DNA from: Octopus vulgaris
Lineage: Eukaryota
DNA: 64,000 nt
Reading direction: 5' to 3'
NCBI GenBank assembly: GCA_951406725.2
Contig: OX597833.1
Location: forward strand, 55,428,001-55,492,000
A program made the translations under genes and the position numbers. Shown here piece after piece: positions 1 through 11,911 of this stretch. A model generated the notes under the pieces. That model made no database searches, was not told where the DNA came from, and saw only the letters and a list, made by a program, of their open reading frames with translations. How positions within the stretch are numbered: the first letter of the stretch is position 1; each line of letters starts with the position of its first letter.

Positions 1-345
1 GTTTCATGTTGAAGTGCACAAATTAGGATTAGCTGGATTGGAAATTTTCAGTTTTTCTTAGACAAAGAACTCTCTTCAAATGTTAGATCCCTTTTCTCTC
101 CCTGCAAAAGGAACTTCACTGTATTGTTTTCGATGACAAAAACCACAACCAATTTTCCCAGAACCCTCAATTTTTTTGCCCTTTTTTTTTTTTTTGTCCT
201 ATTAATAGCTTCCTTATTTCAATCTTTGGACTACACCTGTTCCTTGAAAAGTTTTTGTCAAATAAATCAACCCCACTACTTATGTCTTTTTAATATCTGA
301 TACTCACTCAATTGGTGTCTGTTTGTTGAACAAGCAATATTTTAA

Positions 346-563
346 CCCTTTCGTTACTGTATTTATTTTGAGATGCTCTGTGTTTCTTTCAATTATTTTA
401 ATTATAAGAAAGAATTTAGTAAAATAACATAGTTATCATTCAGCTAGTGTTAGGAACATAAATTGTGACTAAGGTTTGGTGGAAGATTGTAATTCAGAAC
501 TTATGGAAACAAGACTTATGGAAACAGCCAGAGCTGGTTTCAGCTGGGTTGGTATTGAAAGGG
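346..563. mobile_element. piggyBac-type MITE, copy 1
   Basis: TTAA|CCCTTTCGTTAC ... GTATTGAAAGGG|TTAA: CCC/GGG terminal inverted repeats with TTAA target duplication. Confidence 0.8.
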
Positions 564-583
564 TTAAATTAATCATTTGTTAA

Positions 584-793
584 CCCTTTTGTTACCATAT
601 TTCTGTTGAGATGCTCTGTGTTTCTTTCAATTACTTTAAATATAACAAAGAATTTAATAAAATAACTTAGTTATCATTAAGCTAGTGTTGGGAACATAGA
701 TTGTGACTAATGTTTGGGGGAAGATTTTAATTAAAACAAGACATTTGTACTACAGAGCCAGAGCCAGTTTCAGCCAGGTTGGTAACAAAAGGG
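584..793. mobile_element. piggyBac-type MITE, copy 2
   Basis: TTAA|CCCTTTTGTTACC ... GGTAACAAAAGGG|TTAA; homologous to copy 1. Confidence 0.82.
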
Positions 794-1169
794 TTAAGTG
801 TTTTTTAGGAATTTTAGATTTTTAGACATTTTTTTCTTAAATAAGCAAAATTGATAAAAGACAAAAATAAAAATAATTAAGTAAACAACTGTAGTTGAAA
901 TTCCTAATTCATTATTTAAAACAGTGAAATTATGAATAAAATCAGTGAAAACTTCACTTTCAGTTCAAATTTCCGTTTTAAAATTTTGTCTACATGTTTA
1001 CATTTCAGAAAATATCTGTTTCAAATTTGAAATTTGATACTGATAACACTAACAGAAAAATTGCCATTTCTATATTTAAAAAAAATTAATTCTGAATTCA
1101 TTAAAAAATGCGTAGGGGGCAGAGAAAGAGCATAACATGTGACCATTCTTCTGTGTTTGTTTATTCTAG

Positions 1170-1286
1170 AATGAAGATGAACTGAATGACTTAAAAGCCG
1201 AAACGAAAGAGAAAGTTGAAGTAATGGAAGAGAAGAAGAAAGAACTTGCATCAAAAAGGAAAGAGGCTGAAAAATTAACAGGAAAA
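1170..1286 (+). CDS. NUGGC: NUGGC/SLIP-GC-like GTPase, internal exon a (NEDELNDLKAETKEKVEVMEEKKKELASKRKEAEKLTGK; coiled-coil-like)
   Basis: ttattctAG acceptor and GTaatt donor; 117 nt, phase 0/0, open frame; E/K-rich; joins in frame to the next exon. Confidence 0.72.
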
Positions 1287-1814
1287 GTAATTAATTAATT
1301 TGTTTGTTAGTTTTCATAAATTTGAAGGAAATTGAAACTGGTTACACACCTTGTAAAATGAAAGCTTTCCACTGTTGTGGGTAAGAGAAGAGGGCTATAA
1401 AGTGGTTATAAGTTAATAATGGCAAACTTATAACATGTGTTGGTAGTCACCTACCATAGACTGTTTAGAGATATGAGCTGGACTTTGAAAAAAAATTAAA
1501 ATCCTCCAACAATATCATGTTATAATAAGCTTAGCTGAAAGCATTTACCGCAAACTATAAATTACATATGTACATTTATGTGACACAGGATTATTAAAGA
1601 AATCTAAAATTTCAACACACCAGACTAAAATGGTTTAGATCATCATTACAAAGTGTTCAATAATCTACTCTCACTGACAAAGATACTGGTTGATTAAAAC
1701 AACTGATAACTTTCACTTACTCCAATTATAATAACGAAGCTTGGTCACATTTTGCTAAAAACCTCTCGTGATATTTTTATAAGACCTTCACATCTTAGTG
1801 TGATTAGTGTGACA

Positions 1815-2277
1815 AGGCCATCCTGCAAGCCAATGAAGTGAGTTCATAGCTCGCAGGACGGCTTGCTGTGCTAACGTTGGATCATAGAGTGACCCGCTGT
1901 GCTTGAGGAGACCTATTGTATCAAGTACATCAACACCAACATCAAAATAAAAATCAAATGGAAATTGTAGTTAAGATACCCATGCTGGTGACAAGTAAAA
2001 AGCACCATCTGAACATGGCAGATGCCAGCGCCGCCTGACTGGCATCCGTGTCGGTGATACGTAAAAAGCACGAACCGATCTGGCCCTTGTGCTGGTGGCA
2101 CATAAAAAGCACCCACTACACTCACGGAGTGGTTGGCATTAGGAAGGGCATCCAGCTGTAGAAACACTGCCAGATGAGACTAGAGCCTGGTGCAGCCTCC
2201 TGGCTTCCCAGACCCCAGTTGAACCATCCAACCCATACTAGCATGGAAAATGGACGTTAAACAATGATGATGATGAT
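1815..2277 (+). mobile_element. 3' UTR fragment of the (GAT)n-tailed RTE LINE family
   Basis: Same 3' end (GGTTGGC.TTAGGAAGGGCATCCAGC...CGTTAAAC(GAT)n) as the RT-bearing copy at 54537-56447. Confidence 0.78.
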
Positions 2278-2594
2278 ATGAACCTAGGAGAATGAGCTCA
2301 AGGAGAGCCTAGTCATCATCAGTTGTCAGTGCTGGCATGGGTTGGAGAGTTGCACCAGAGATAGTAAGCTGGAGAACTGCACCAGATTCCAGTCTGATTT
2401 GACTTGGTTTCCCTTGGATGCCCTTCCTAAGATCAACTTTTTACAGAGTGTGCTGGATGCTTTTACATGGCACCATAACATTGCTTTTGCATGGCACTGC
2501 ATGGGCACCTTTATGAGTGCTTTTTATATGGTGCCAGCATAGGACCCTTTGCAGGTTACTCAACACCAGTGGGAGGAATGGTCTTCACACTTCT

Positions 2595-2826
2595 TATTTC
2601 TTTATTGTCCACGAGGGGCTAAACATAGAGGGGGACAAACAAGGACAGACAAAGAGATTTAAGTCGATTGCATTGACCCCAGTGCATAACTGGTACTTAA
2701 TTTATTGACACCTGAAAGGATGAAAGGCAAAGTCGACCTCGGCGGGATTTGAACTCAGAATGTAACGGCAGATGAAATACTGCTAAGCATTTCACCCGGT
2801 GCGCTAACGTTTCTGCCAGCTTGCTG
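2595..2826 (-). mobile_element. SINE family C (GGCGAGCTGGCAGAA head)
   Basis: Reverse complement of the repeat at 37760-37990; B-box-like GAGTTCAAATTCC. Confidence 0.75.
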
Positions 2827-3246
2827 ACATAATGGTCTTCACACTTCTGCCGCATAGTGAGTCCTTAAATTATTGATGGATATGCTCTTGATTACATACT
2901 TTCATCAATTTAAATTTTTAATCCAAAACAATCTTCAAAATGAGACTAGGTATGTTTTTTTTTACTTGTTGCAGTCATTTTAAAGACTGGCTGCACACAT
3001 TTCACGTATAATTAAAATTATAACATTTAAATATTGGTTTCAAATTTTTACAGCAGGCCAGTAATTTCAGGGAAGTGGGGTTAAGTCAATTACATCAACC
3101 CCAGTACTCAACTGGTACTTTTCAGCACCTCCCTCGTGTATGTGCACACACACACACACTTTCCTCTTCCTTACCTCTCTCACTGCTCCACTCTTACTGT
3201 GTCTCTTCTTCCTCAATTGAACCACTCTTCTTTTTTCTATCTCCAG

Positions 3247-3366
3247 ATATTAAAATTAGATCATGAAATCTGTGTCAACCGGAAACACATTGCTTCAGTT
3301 TGTGCCAAAGCCAGGAATGAATATTCTAAAGCTCAAATCAAGAAAGATTTCAAAGCTGGTCTTAAG
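3247..3366 (+). CDS. NUGGC: NUGGC-like GTPase exon b (ILKLDHEICVNRKHIASVCAKARNEYSKAQIKKDFKAGLK)
   Basis: Pyrimidine tract plus ctccAG acceptor, GTaagt donor; 120 nt, phase 0/0; C..ARNEYSK..I..DF..GL motif recalled from NUGGC-like dynamin-family proteins. Confidence 0.85.
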
Positions 3367-3828
3367 GTAAGTCCTAAAATAAGCCATATGACAAACCATT
3401 ATTACAGGAGGTTTTTTTTTAAGATGAGTCCTAGTTTTAGTCTCAGAGATGAGTCAGGAATTTGGTCATTTAGAAAAACAACTAGTCATAATGGTGGGCT
3501 TACGAGATGTCATAATGTAGATCTTGTGGAGAACTGTTATTCTTGATTTTAAGGTGAACCCTAATTTTAGTTTTAGAGATGAGGTACCTTTTATTTTTCA
3601 TCTTGTTTCAGTCATTAGACTGCAGCCATGCTGGAGCACCACTTTTGAAGAGTTTTTAGTTGAATGATTCGATCCCAGTACTTTTTTTTTTCCAAGCCTG
3701 GTTCTTATTCCATCAGTTTCTTTTGCCAAACTGCTAAGTTATGGGGACATTAAAAAAACTAACACTGATTGTCAAGCAGTGATGCAGGACTAATGCAGAC
3801 ACAGACACACACATGTGTGTGTGTGTGT

Positions 3829-4128
3829 GGAGGCACATGGCCTAGTGGTTAGAGCAGCGGACTCGCGGTCAAGGGATTGCGGGTTCAAATCTCAGTCCAG
3901 GCGATGTGTGTGTTTATGAGTGCAACACCTAAGCTCCACGTGGCTCTGGCAGAAGGTAATGGCGAACTTCTACTGACTCTTTCGCCACAACTTTCTCTCA
4001 CTCTTTCCTCATGCATCTTGCAGCTCACCTGCAACGGGCCGGCATCCCATCCAGAAGATGGGGAACCTATATGCCAAGGAAACCGGGAAACTGGCCCTTA
4101 TGAGCCAGGCATGGCTCGAGAAGGAACA

Positions 4129-4131
<3 letters not shown>
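3829..4131 (+). mobile_element. tRNA-derived SINE family B
   Basis: A box TGGCCTAGTGG, B box GGTTCAAATC; related copies at 6385-6675(-), 7040-7301(-), 14640-14840(-), 38460-38730(+), 41765-42058(-). Confidence 0.8.
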
Positions 4132-4162
<31 letters not shown>

Positions 4163-4591
4163 TAGCTTCTTTCAGTTTCTGCTTACCAAATCCACTCACA
4201 AGGCTTTGGTCAGCCTGGGGCTATAGAAAACATTTGCCCAAGGTCCTTTGCAATAGGACCGAACTTCTTACCATACAGCCATCTACAGACTTGTGATTGA
4301 GCAGCTGGAAAAAAAAATTGCTATTTTAAATCCCGTGGCAATTATAGATTAGTAGATGTAAACTGGGATAATCATAAATGTTAGATTATGTTTATTTTTG
4401 GGATCATCTTTAAACTTCGATTCTGAAGCTCTTCAGTTCTTCAATTTGCATATCTAAATGTAGAACATATTTTTCTGTCAGGTTTAAAGAAAACCTTATT
4501 GAAAAGCACCGAAAGATTTTTTTTTTTTTTTTTTGTAAAACAACAATCTTAATTTTTTTTTTTTTTTTTTTTTTTTTTCTAATTTTTATAG

Positions 4592-4891
4592 GAAATGAAG
4601 CGGAGAGCTAAAATGGCTTCCGAAGACAGTGATGAGGAGATATTACCTGAAGAAGACGAGGAGGATATAGAAAACTCTGCTGCCAACAATTCCAATGACA
4701 ACGATCCTAACAAAAACAATAATAATAATAATAACAATAATAACAACAACAATAATAATAATAATAACAATAACAATAATAGTAATAATGAAGAATTTGA
4801 AGAATATGAGAAAAATCTTAATGTATTTTGCGTTAGTTCTGTGGAGTACCTGAAACTTAAGAAGTTACTGCACAATGATGGACCTGCTCAG
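4592..4891 (+). CDS. NUGGC: NUGGC-like GTPase exon c (acidic/poly-Asn loop, then VFCVSSVEYLKL)
   Basis: Long poly-T tract plus atAG acceptor, GTaagt donor; 300 nt, phase 0/0; VFCVSS resembles the G5-like FxVS motif at the end of dynamin-like G domains. Confidence 0.88.
4715..4780 (+). repeat. Coding (AAT/AAC)22 microsatellite encoding poly-Asn
   Basis: 22 consecutive AAY codons in the frame of exon c. Confidence 0.9.
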
Positions 4892-7039
4892 GTAAGTTGT
4901 TAGTTTCAAGATAATCTTCCTCAGCTCTCACTGAGATAATCTAACTGGGCATGAACCATTTTGGCACCTATTTCGTATCAGTGATTCAATGCTGAGTTAT
5001 TCGACATTAGACATATTAATGTCTCTCTCATTCTCCCCCCATCTCTCTCTCTATCTTTGAGTGTGTGATAACATATTTTTCTTTATATGTATAAGGTCTC
5101 TCCCCCTTCTCTCTCTATGTGTATGTTTTTGTGTGTATACACGTGTGTGTGTGTGTATGCCTCCATCCAGTGCCAAAAAGTACTGTTGACGAAACAGATT
5201 TTTATGTCCAACCATACCAGATCATCAGCATTCGAACAGCCATACCAGACCATCTTATTCTGGGCCCAACTTATGCTACAGACCCACCAATATGACCCTG
5301 GTACAGCATAGTTTCTAATAGAGTACTGTTGGTCTCCGTTCGACGCATACACCGAAGCTTTGTTCTGAGTCAGGATAAATGTTTTGAACAATCTAAAGAT
5401 TGAGATTCAAATATATATTATATCTTTATTTTCTATCACAATTTCTGAGTAATAAGCATTGGTCAAAAACGGATCAAAAGTCCTTTTTGAGCCATAGGTT
5501 AATACTTTTTTACAATAGGATAAATTTATATTATTTGCTCTCAACCAAAGCAAGGCTCTATAACATCACTACCTCCTCCTTGTCCAAAAAAAAAAAAGAA
5601 AAGGTGTGGAGGGGGGCTCGAATCATTCTCTTCCTTTCATCTACTCTGCTCAAGCCTTTGACTGATCAAAGGAATTCCAGCTGTGACCATTCTATCTTCT
5701 TTTTTCTTTTCATTTTAGTTTTAGTGTACCTTGGTCAAGTGAGGGTGCATGGCCTAATGGTTAGAGTGTTGCACTAGTGACGGCAGGATCACGGTTTCAG
5801 TTCCTAGACTGGGTAGTGCATTGTGTTCTTGAGCAAAACATTTCGCTTTACATTACTCTGTGATCACCTCAACATCTGATGTGTGGCTCACCATTCACCT
5901 TGTACAGACAACATGAAGGTTGTTCAGTAACTATTTGCAGATCCCTCACCTATCATTTATGATGGGAGAGTCCATAGTATCCCTGGCCTACATTGTCCAG
6001 TGTGGTTTGAAGGTTTGGCTGCTATTTCTAACGAGTCAAGTGACCATGTGAAAGCCCCCTCATTGCCTTGTAGTTACAAACAGTTGCTTAAAATGGATGC
6101 AGCGAGCATCACCAATTAATTATTAGATCAGGTGAAACTGATTGACCTTGTAATTTGTCTCTTAACTGATTGGATTAATTACTTCAGCAAGTTACTGCAG
6201 TGACTTCTAACGAGAAAATGGATTAGGTTTGCTAATCATCTTGGTTCTGCCTCTTTCATTATTACATTTCAGGTTGGATAAGTCTCTTGCTGTTTTGTCA
6301 CTTTCATCTTAGATGGTTTTGTTTTCTTTTCTCCTTGTCCAAATTGGCATGTGTTAGCTAGGTGTGCTGTGTAGTATTTTTTTATTCATGTGCCCTTTTC
6401 AAGCCTAGCCAGGGTCATGGGTCCGGTTTCCCGGTTTCTATGGCCTATGTGTTCCTCCCAGCTGGCCGGGACGCCAGTCCATCACAGCGTTACTCAAGAA
6501 ACAGGAAGAAAGAGTGAGAGAAAGTTGGGCCAAAAGAGTACAGCAGGGGTCGCCATCACCCCCTGCCGGAGCCTCGTGGAGCTTTAGGTGTTTTCGCTCA
6601 ATAAATACACACAACGCCTGGTCTGGGTATCGAAACCGCGACCCTCCAACCACGAAGTCTGCTGCCCTAACCATTGAGTCATTTCACCTCTACTACTGTG
6701 TAGTATACCACCATTTACCTCAACCTTTTGTCTCATATGCTGAGATTTACTTCATGCTTTCCTTCGTTCTCTTCTTGACATGGGTAGTTTTCACCTGGAA
6801 GCACTGGTGCCGGTGCCACGTAAAAAGCACCTAGTATACTCTGTGAGGTGGTTGGCTTTAGGAAGGGCATCCAGCTGTAGAAACCAAGCCAAAACCAATG
6901 AAACCTGGTGCTGCTCCTACCTTATCAGCTCCTGTCAAACCCTCCAACCTATGTCAGCATGAAAAATGGATATTAAATGATGGTGATGATGATAATGATA
7001 CCAGTTGACATTTCCTAACATCAGTGGTTGTTATTTGTT

Positions 7040-7301
7040 TGTTTGTTCCTTCTTGAGCCATGCCTGGCTCATAGGGCCAGTTTCCCGGTTTCTTTGGCGT
7101 ATAGATTCCCCACTTAGATGGGACGCCTGTCCATCGCAGGTGAGCTGCAAAATGCAGGAGGAAAGAGTGAGAGAAAGTTATGGCGAAAGAGTCAACAGAA
7201 GTTTCACCATTATCAACACACATATCGCCTGGTCTGAGATTCGAACCCGTGATCCTTCGACTGTGAGTCCGCTGCTCTAACCACTAGGCCATGTGCCTCC
7301 A
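7040..7301 (-). mobile_element. tRNA-derived SINE family B
   Basis: Reverse complement of 3829-4131 with an internal deletion. Confidence 0.78.
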
Positions 7302-7829
7302 TAACCTCAGTGGTACAAAAACCCTAAACCATATGCTTCCAAACTGAATTTCTTAACATCACAGCCCTCAACTTTTCCCACTACTTTTTGCTTTCAAATA
7401 TAAATTCAAAGTCTTACTCATCTGAAATTTCCATGATGTAGATGCTGGCATGGCTGAGTGGTAAAAGTTTGCTTCCCAACTACACAGTTCCAGGATCAAT
7501 CCCATTGTGTGACATTTTGGATAAGTGTCTTTTATAACCCCAAGCCAACCAAAGCTCTATGAGTGGATTTGGTACATGGAAACTGAAAGAAGCCCATCTC
7601 AAATATACATACATATATATTGAAATATGAAAGAGAAGCTGAGCTAGTGTAATAACCATTATTGACCACACATACTAAACATGTACGCTTCGTATATTTG
7701 CAATTTGGTGCCGTGGAGATTACTCTCTGAAAGCCACAAAGATGATGAAACTGTGATGTCCATCACACATGAGTGGGATTCAGAGTGAGTTGTCCCACCT
7801 GTTGATGACTCTCAGGTGTTTTTAACACA

Positions 7830-8095
7830 TGGTGCTTTCAGAGTGTAATCTCCACTATGCTAAATTGCATCCTACTGACAAATACACAAAGCATATATAT
7901 GAAGTCTCTGTGGTCAATAATATACGGCTTTAGTTCACAACAGAACATGTGCAACCTTTTGGAAGATTGAAAAAGCATGTCAAAGGACTTATACCGTGAC
8001 ACCTGTTCCTTCTGCCATCCAGTACAGCTGTGCATTATGCAGTAGAATGTGCAGATCTTTGGCCGGGCTCAAGAGTCATACAAGGGCCTTACATT
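7830..8095 (+). mobile_element. Degraded RTE-like LINE 3' coding fragment with C-terminal C2H2 finger
   Basis: Translates to YSCALCSRMCRSLAGLKSHTR, the same Cx2CxRxCxSxAGLxSHxR pattern as at 29276-29515. Confidence 0.6.
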
Positions 8096-8610
8096 GCATT
8101 ATTGATAAGGAACTTAGAAGAATATAATCGAGCATGTTTCTGTTTGTTTTTTTTAGCTATTACCCAAACATAGCTAAATACGATATTCTAAGCTCTTCAT
8201 TTTTCGTTTTGCTACCGTTGTCTCCTGCCAAGATCATGCTTACTACTATCAGTCTCATCAAAATTAGTGACAAAGTTTAATAGTTAATTAGTATTGGTTT
8301 CATCATAATTAATGATATTTAATGTTAAAGTTTAGTTTACTTAATAAGATTACACTCTGATCGAAATCCAAAGCAAATACAGTGATTTCTAAATCATAAT
8401 TTATATTAAATTAATAAATTAATCAACAGAGATGCTTTGCTGTAAGTTATTTTCACTACCTGTGAGTTTCTACTTATTTTGTTTTCCTTTTGACCCATGT
8501 TGCTGAATCCAGTGAAATCACCTTGATTCAGATGAAAAACAAGATTGATTACAGTTGATGACTTTAGAATGTTTTCATTGTTCCTTAGTGAACGGGAAAT
8601 ATTTTTCCTA

Positions 8611-8981
8611 TTGCTTGGGTTTGTTTCGACCCTTTAGAATTGGAATTTTTGAAAAGTAAAAATTTTGCATTATGTAGCTTGTTATTCTCTTTAAGTGAAC
8701 ATTTTTCTCGTTGAAATACACCACAAAATGGTGACACAGCAGTCAAAAAATCGTCAAAAATAGGGATTTTCATAGAAAAAAAGCACCTTTTTGATGTAAA
8801 TAATTTTTAGTGTTAACATGGTACGATTTAAATTTTTTCTTCTATGGGAGGAAGAGCAAGCCTTCTTCTATCATACTCTCAATTTTGGTCAACTTGCACC
8901 GCAGGGTCTCGGAGGAGATAGTGTAAGTTGAAGGCTACCAAACCTACCATACACAAACAACTTCAGCTTTATATATAGAGA
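8611..8981 (-). mobile_element. Non-autonomous Helitron family 2, 3'-truncated
   Basis: Reverse complement of 26584-26974. Confidence 0.7.
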
Positions 8982-9425
8982 TTTATAATAACAAAGGGTA
9001 AAATTAATTAATTAAGAAGTAATCAATAATTTATTCCTTATTCCAGCCTAATTCCGAAACATGCGTCCATAGGTGACCAGATATTGATTGATTTTTTGAT
9101 TTTCGTTACTTTTCCTCTCTGCCTGTGTGATTGTTTTCAAGTATTTTGGTTTTTCTCGGAGTCCCTTTTTAAAGTAGAAGAAATAGCTAACGTTTTTTGG
9201 CTGCTATTTCTAAACTTCAGTATGTGGTAAAGCAAATCTTTGCCGAACCCTATTTATTAAGTATAGAGATGAATATATAGAGAGATTATGAAGGAAGATA
9301 ATATCTAATGATATGCTCATAAATATTGCACTCTCCTTATTTTTTTTTTTTTTTGTCTGCATTTTCTCTTGTTTGTTGTAAGTTGTTAAAAGTATTTCTT
9401 TCATTTCTTTCCCCCAACTATGAAG

Positions 9426-9584
9426 GTATTTTCATTTGAGGAAGAATCAGAAATTCCGGAACTGAGAGATTTTGTACACAAGTCTACAAATCTACGGAGA
9501 AAAATTGGTTTAAAGCGTTTGGTCCAGAATTTGGGACAATTTGTCTTTGATCTCGAAAGTTACATCACAGATGGAGGAACACAG
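9426..9584 (+). CDS. NUGGC: NUGGC-like GTPase exon d (VFSFEEESEIPELRDFVHKST...YITDGGTQ)
   Basis: aAG acceptor after a pyrimidine tract, GTaaac donor; 159 nt, phase 0/0; EIPELR..V motif typical after the G domain. Confidence 0.85.
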
Positions 9585-9795
9585 GTAAACATGGCTGTCT
9601 TTTTTATTTATGTATTCTTTCTTTCTTTTACTTGTTTCAGTCATTTGACTGTGGCCATGCTGGAGCACCGCCTTTAGTCAAGCAAATCAACCCCGGGACT
9701 TATTCTTTGTAAGCCTAGTACTTATTCTATCAGTCTCTCTTGCCCAAGGTGCCATGTTCTATTTTAATTCTTCTTTTCCGTTGTTTTCATTGCAG

Positions 9796-9996
9796 AGCCA
9801 TGGTACTCGGGAAAGTGTACGGTCTACGTTTGAAGGAAGTCTAAATTCACTCATGTCTGACTTAAACCCTATCATGGAGGGTCTTGCCTCGGAGATTGAA
9901 GAACTCTTCAACAGTCAGATTTACTGTAAGATGAACGAAGGTGTAGACACTGCCAAAAATACTTCCAATTATACTGCTGCTAAATGGTGTTCACCG
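9796..9996 (+). CDS. NUGGC: NUGGC-like GTPase exon e (SHGTRESVRSTFEG...TAAKWCSP)
   Basis: ttgcAG acceptor, GTaagc donor; 201 nt, phase 0/0; helical amphipathic sequence. Confidence 0.85.
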
Positions 9997-10074
9997 GTAA
10001 GCGTTTGAATAATTATTATTATTATTATCATCATCATCATCATCATGATGATTATTATTATTATTATTATTATT

Positions 10075-10478
10075 AAACAAAATCAAAATCGATCAACATC
10101 AATGGAAATTGTAGCTGTGATACCAGTGCTGGTGGTACGTAGGAGAACCATCCGAACGTGGCCGTTGCCAGCGCCGCCCCGACTGGCCTCCGTGCCAGTG
10201 GCACGTAAAAAGCACCATCCGTTTGCCAGCCTCGCCTGGCCCCCGTGCCAGTGGCATGTAAAAAGCACCATCCGATCGTGGCCATTTGCCAGCCTTGTCT
10301 AGCACGTAAAAAGCACCCACTACACTCACAGTGGTTGGCGTTAGGAAGGGCATCCAGCCGTAGAAACATTGCCAGATCAGACTGGGCCTGGTGTAGCCTT
10401 CTGGCTTCCCAGACCCTAGTTGAACCATCCAACCCATGCTAGCATGGAGAGCGGACGTTAAACGATGATGATGATGAT
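10075..10478 (+). mobile_element. RTE 3' UTR fragment with (GAT)n tail
   Basis: Repeated GTGCC.GTGGCACGTAAAAAGCACC modules plus the shared 3' end. Confidence 0.78.
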
Positions 10479-10499
10479 TATTATTATTATTATTATTAT

Positions 10500-11002
10500 G
10501 TGAGAGATGTCGTAAGTGACACTGGGGTACAAATATACGAAGCCCAGTATACCCATCATGACTACTCGTCTGATAAGGGTACACCAGGCACATGCATCAC
10601 AACCATATGTGCGCGACATGGTGATGTCATATCGTGATGAGCAGTGCATGACCTTGCAGGTGGGCCCAGTTAGAATTTTCTTCATGTCCAGTAGCCCATC
10701 CTGCTCAAAAGGTCCCTGAGTAAGGGTTGTTTAAGGATGATGAACAAAACGCCCATGTTTCCAGAGGTGAATTATCCAAACCCCCAAAATTCCTCTCAAC
10801 ACATGGCTATGATGCTCCCCCACTACTTCTGCTCATGATCAGAGATGCACATATCGTCAGCCACTAAGGGACATGATCAACTGGTTAAGGTAAAAAAAAA
10901 CTGACAAGCACTGCGGTATTTATACCTAGACTAAACAATGTACATGATAACACTTCCCATCAGTTAAGATTAGAAGCCATGAGAGCCACTGCCTGGTACT
11001 GC
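10500..11002. repeat. Unclassified ~490-bp dispersed repeat embedded in (ATT)n
   Basis: Homologous reverse-complement copy at ~51745-52275. Confidence 0.75.
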
Positions 11003-11225
11003 TATTATTATTATTAGTATTATTATTATTTATTATCATCATTAAGTCAGTGAGCTGGCAGAATCATTAGCACACTGTACAAAATGCTTAGCAGTATTTT
11101 GTCGGCTACTATGTTCTGAGTTCAAATTCCGCCGAGGTTGACTTTGCCTTTCATCCTTTCAAAGTCAATAAATTAAGTACCAGTTGAACACTGGGGTCAA
11201 GGTAATCGAGTTAGAGAAGGAGTGT

Positions 11226-11911
11226 GTATTATACACAAGGTTTAGGTTTTTCAGAGGTACAGCCCCCTAAAAATCCCCTGTATATTATACTCAAGGGCGG
11301 ACTATACTCGAGGATTTATGGTACTGAGAATACCAATCACATCCAAAATTCCTTCTTTCTAAAGCTCTCTGGCATGGTATTAAAAATATTATGAGATTTT
11401 TTAAACACAGAATGCTTATGAGGACCCACTTGAATAAAATAGGAATTAATGGGGTCTATAGGTGGAAAAAAAAATGGTAGAGAGTCACTGTGCTAGAAGT
11501 AGCACCTCAGTCTTCTTCAAATTAAATTTCACAGTCTTCAAAAAAAAAATTTTAAAAAAGAAGCAGTGAATGATGCTGTCCTGTATACATATCAAGATTG
11601 ACCTTGGGTTATATAAAATGGCTGCTACTTAATCAATAGATTTTGTGTAGTGAGTGAACCAACGACAGACAGAATATAGAAAAGACAGAGAAATTAATGT
11701 TCTGAGGTTTTTTTGTTATTTTCTTACTGATTGCCTTGTTCTATCTTACTAAGCTCTCACGGTTTTAGTGCTTACCAAGTTTTCTCTTTCTGTATGTGCA
11801 TTTTTATAATTACCGTAAATCTTCGAGTATAGTCCGCCCTTGAGTATAATACGCAGGGGATTTTTAGGGGGCTGTACCTCTGAAAAACCTAAACCTTGCG
11901 TATAATACGCA
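11226..11911. mobile_element. Two inverted ~100-bp Tc1/mariner(pogo)-type MITE ends (11226-11323 and 11811-11911)
   Basis: ...CTATACTCGAGGATTTATGGTA and TACCGTAAATCTTCGAGTATAG...; TA-CCGTA termini. Confidence 0.6.

Noticed and set aside
3829-3905. Possible tRNA gene (also 63410-63480)
   Set aside because: A/B boxes are present but there is no complete acceptor stem or poly-T terminator; the sequence continues into a multi-copy SINE body
4579-4875. Poly-Leu membrane-like ORF on the minus strand
   Set aside because: Antisense of the poly-Asn coding exon
5083-5391. Minus-strand ORF with an NADD motif resembling RT YADD
   Set aside because: No other RT motifs in register; unsupported
7741-7850. 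C/D-box snoRNA
   Set aside because: ATGATGA is present but there is no downstream CTGA D box near the closing stem
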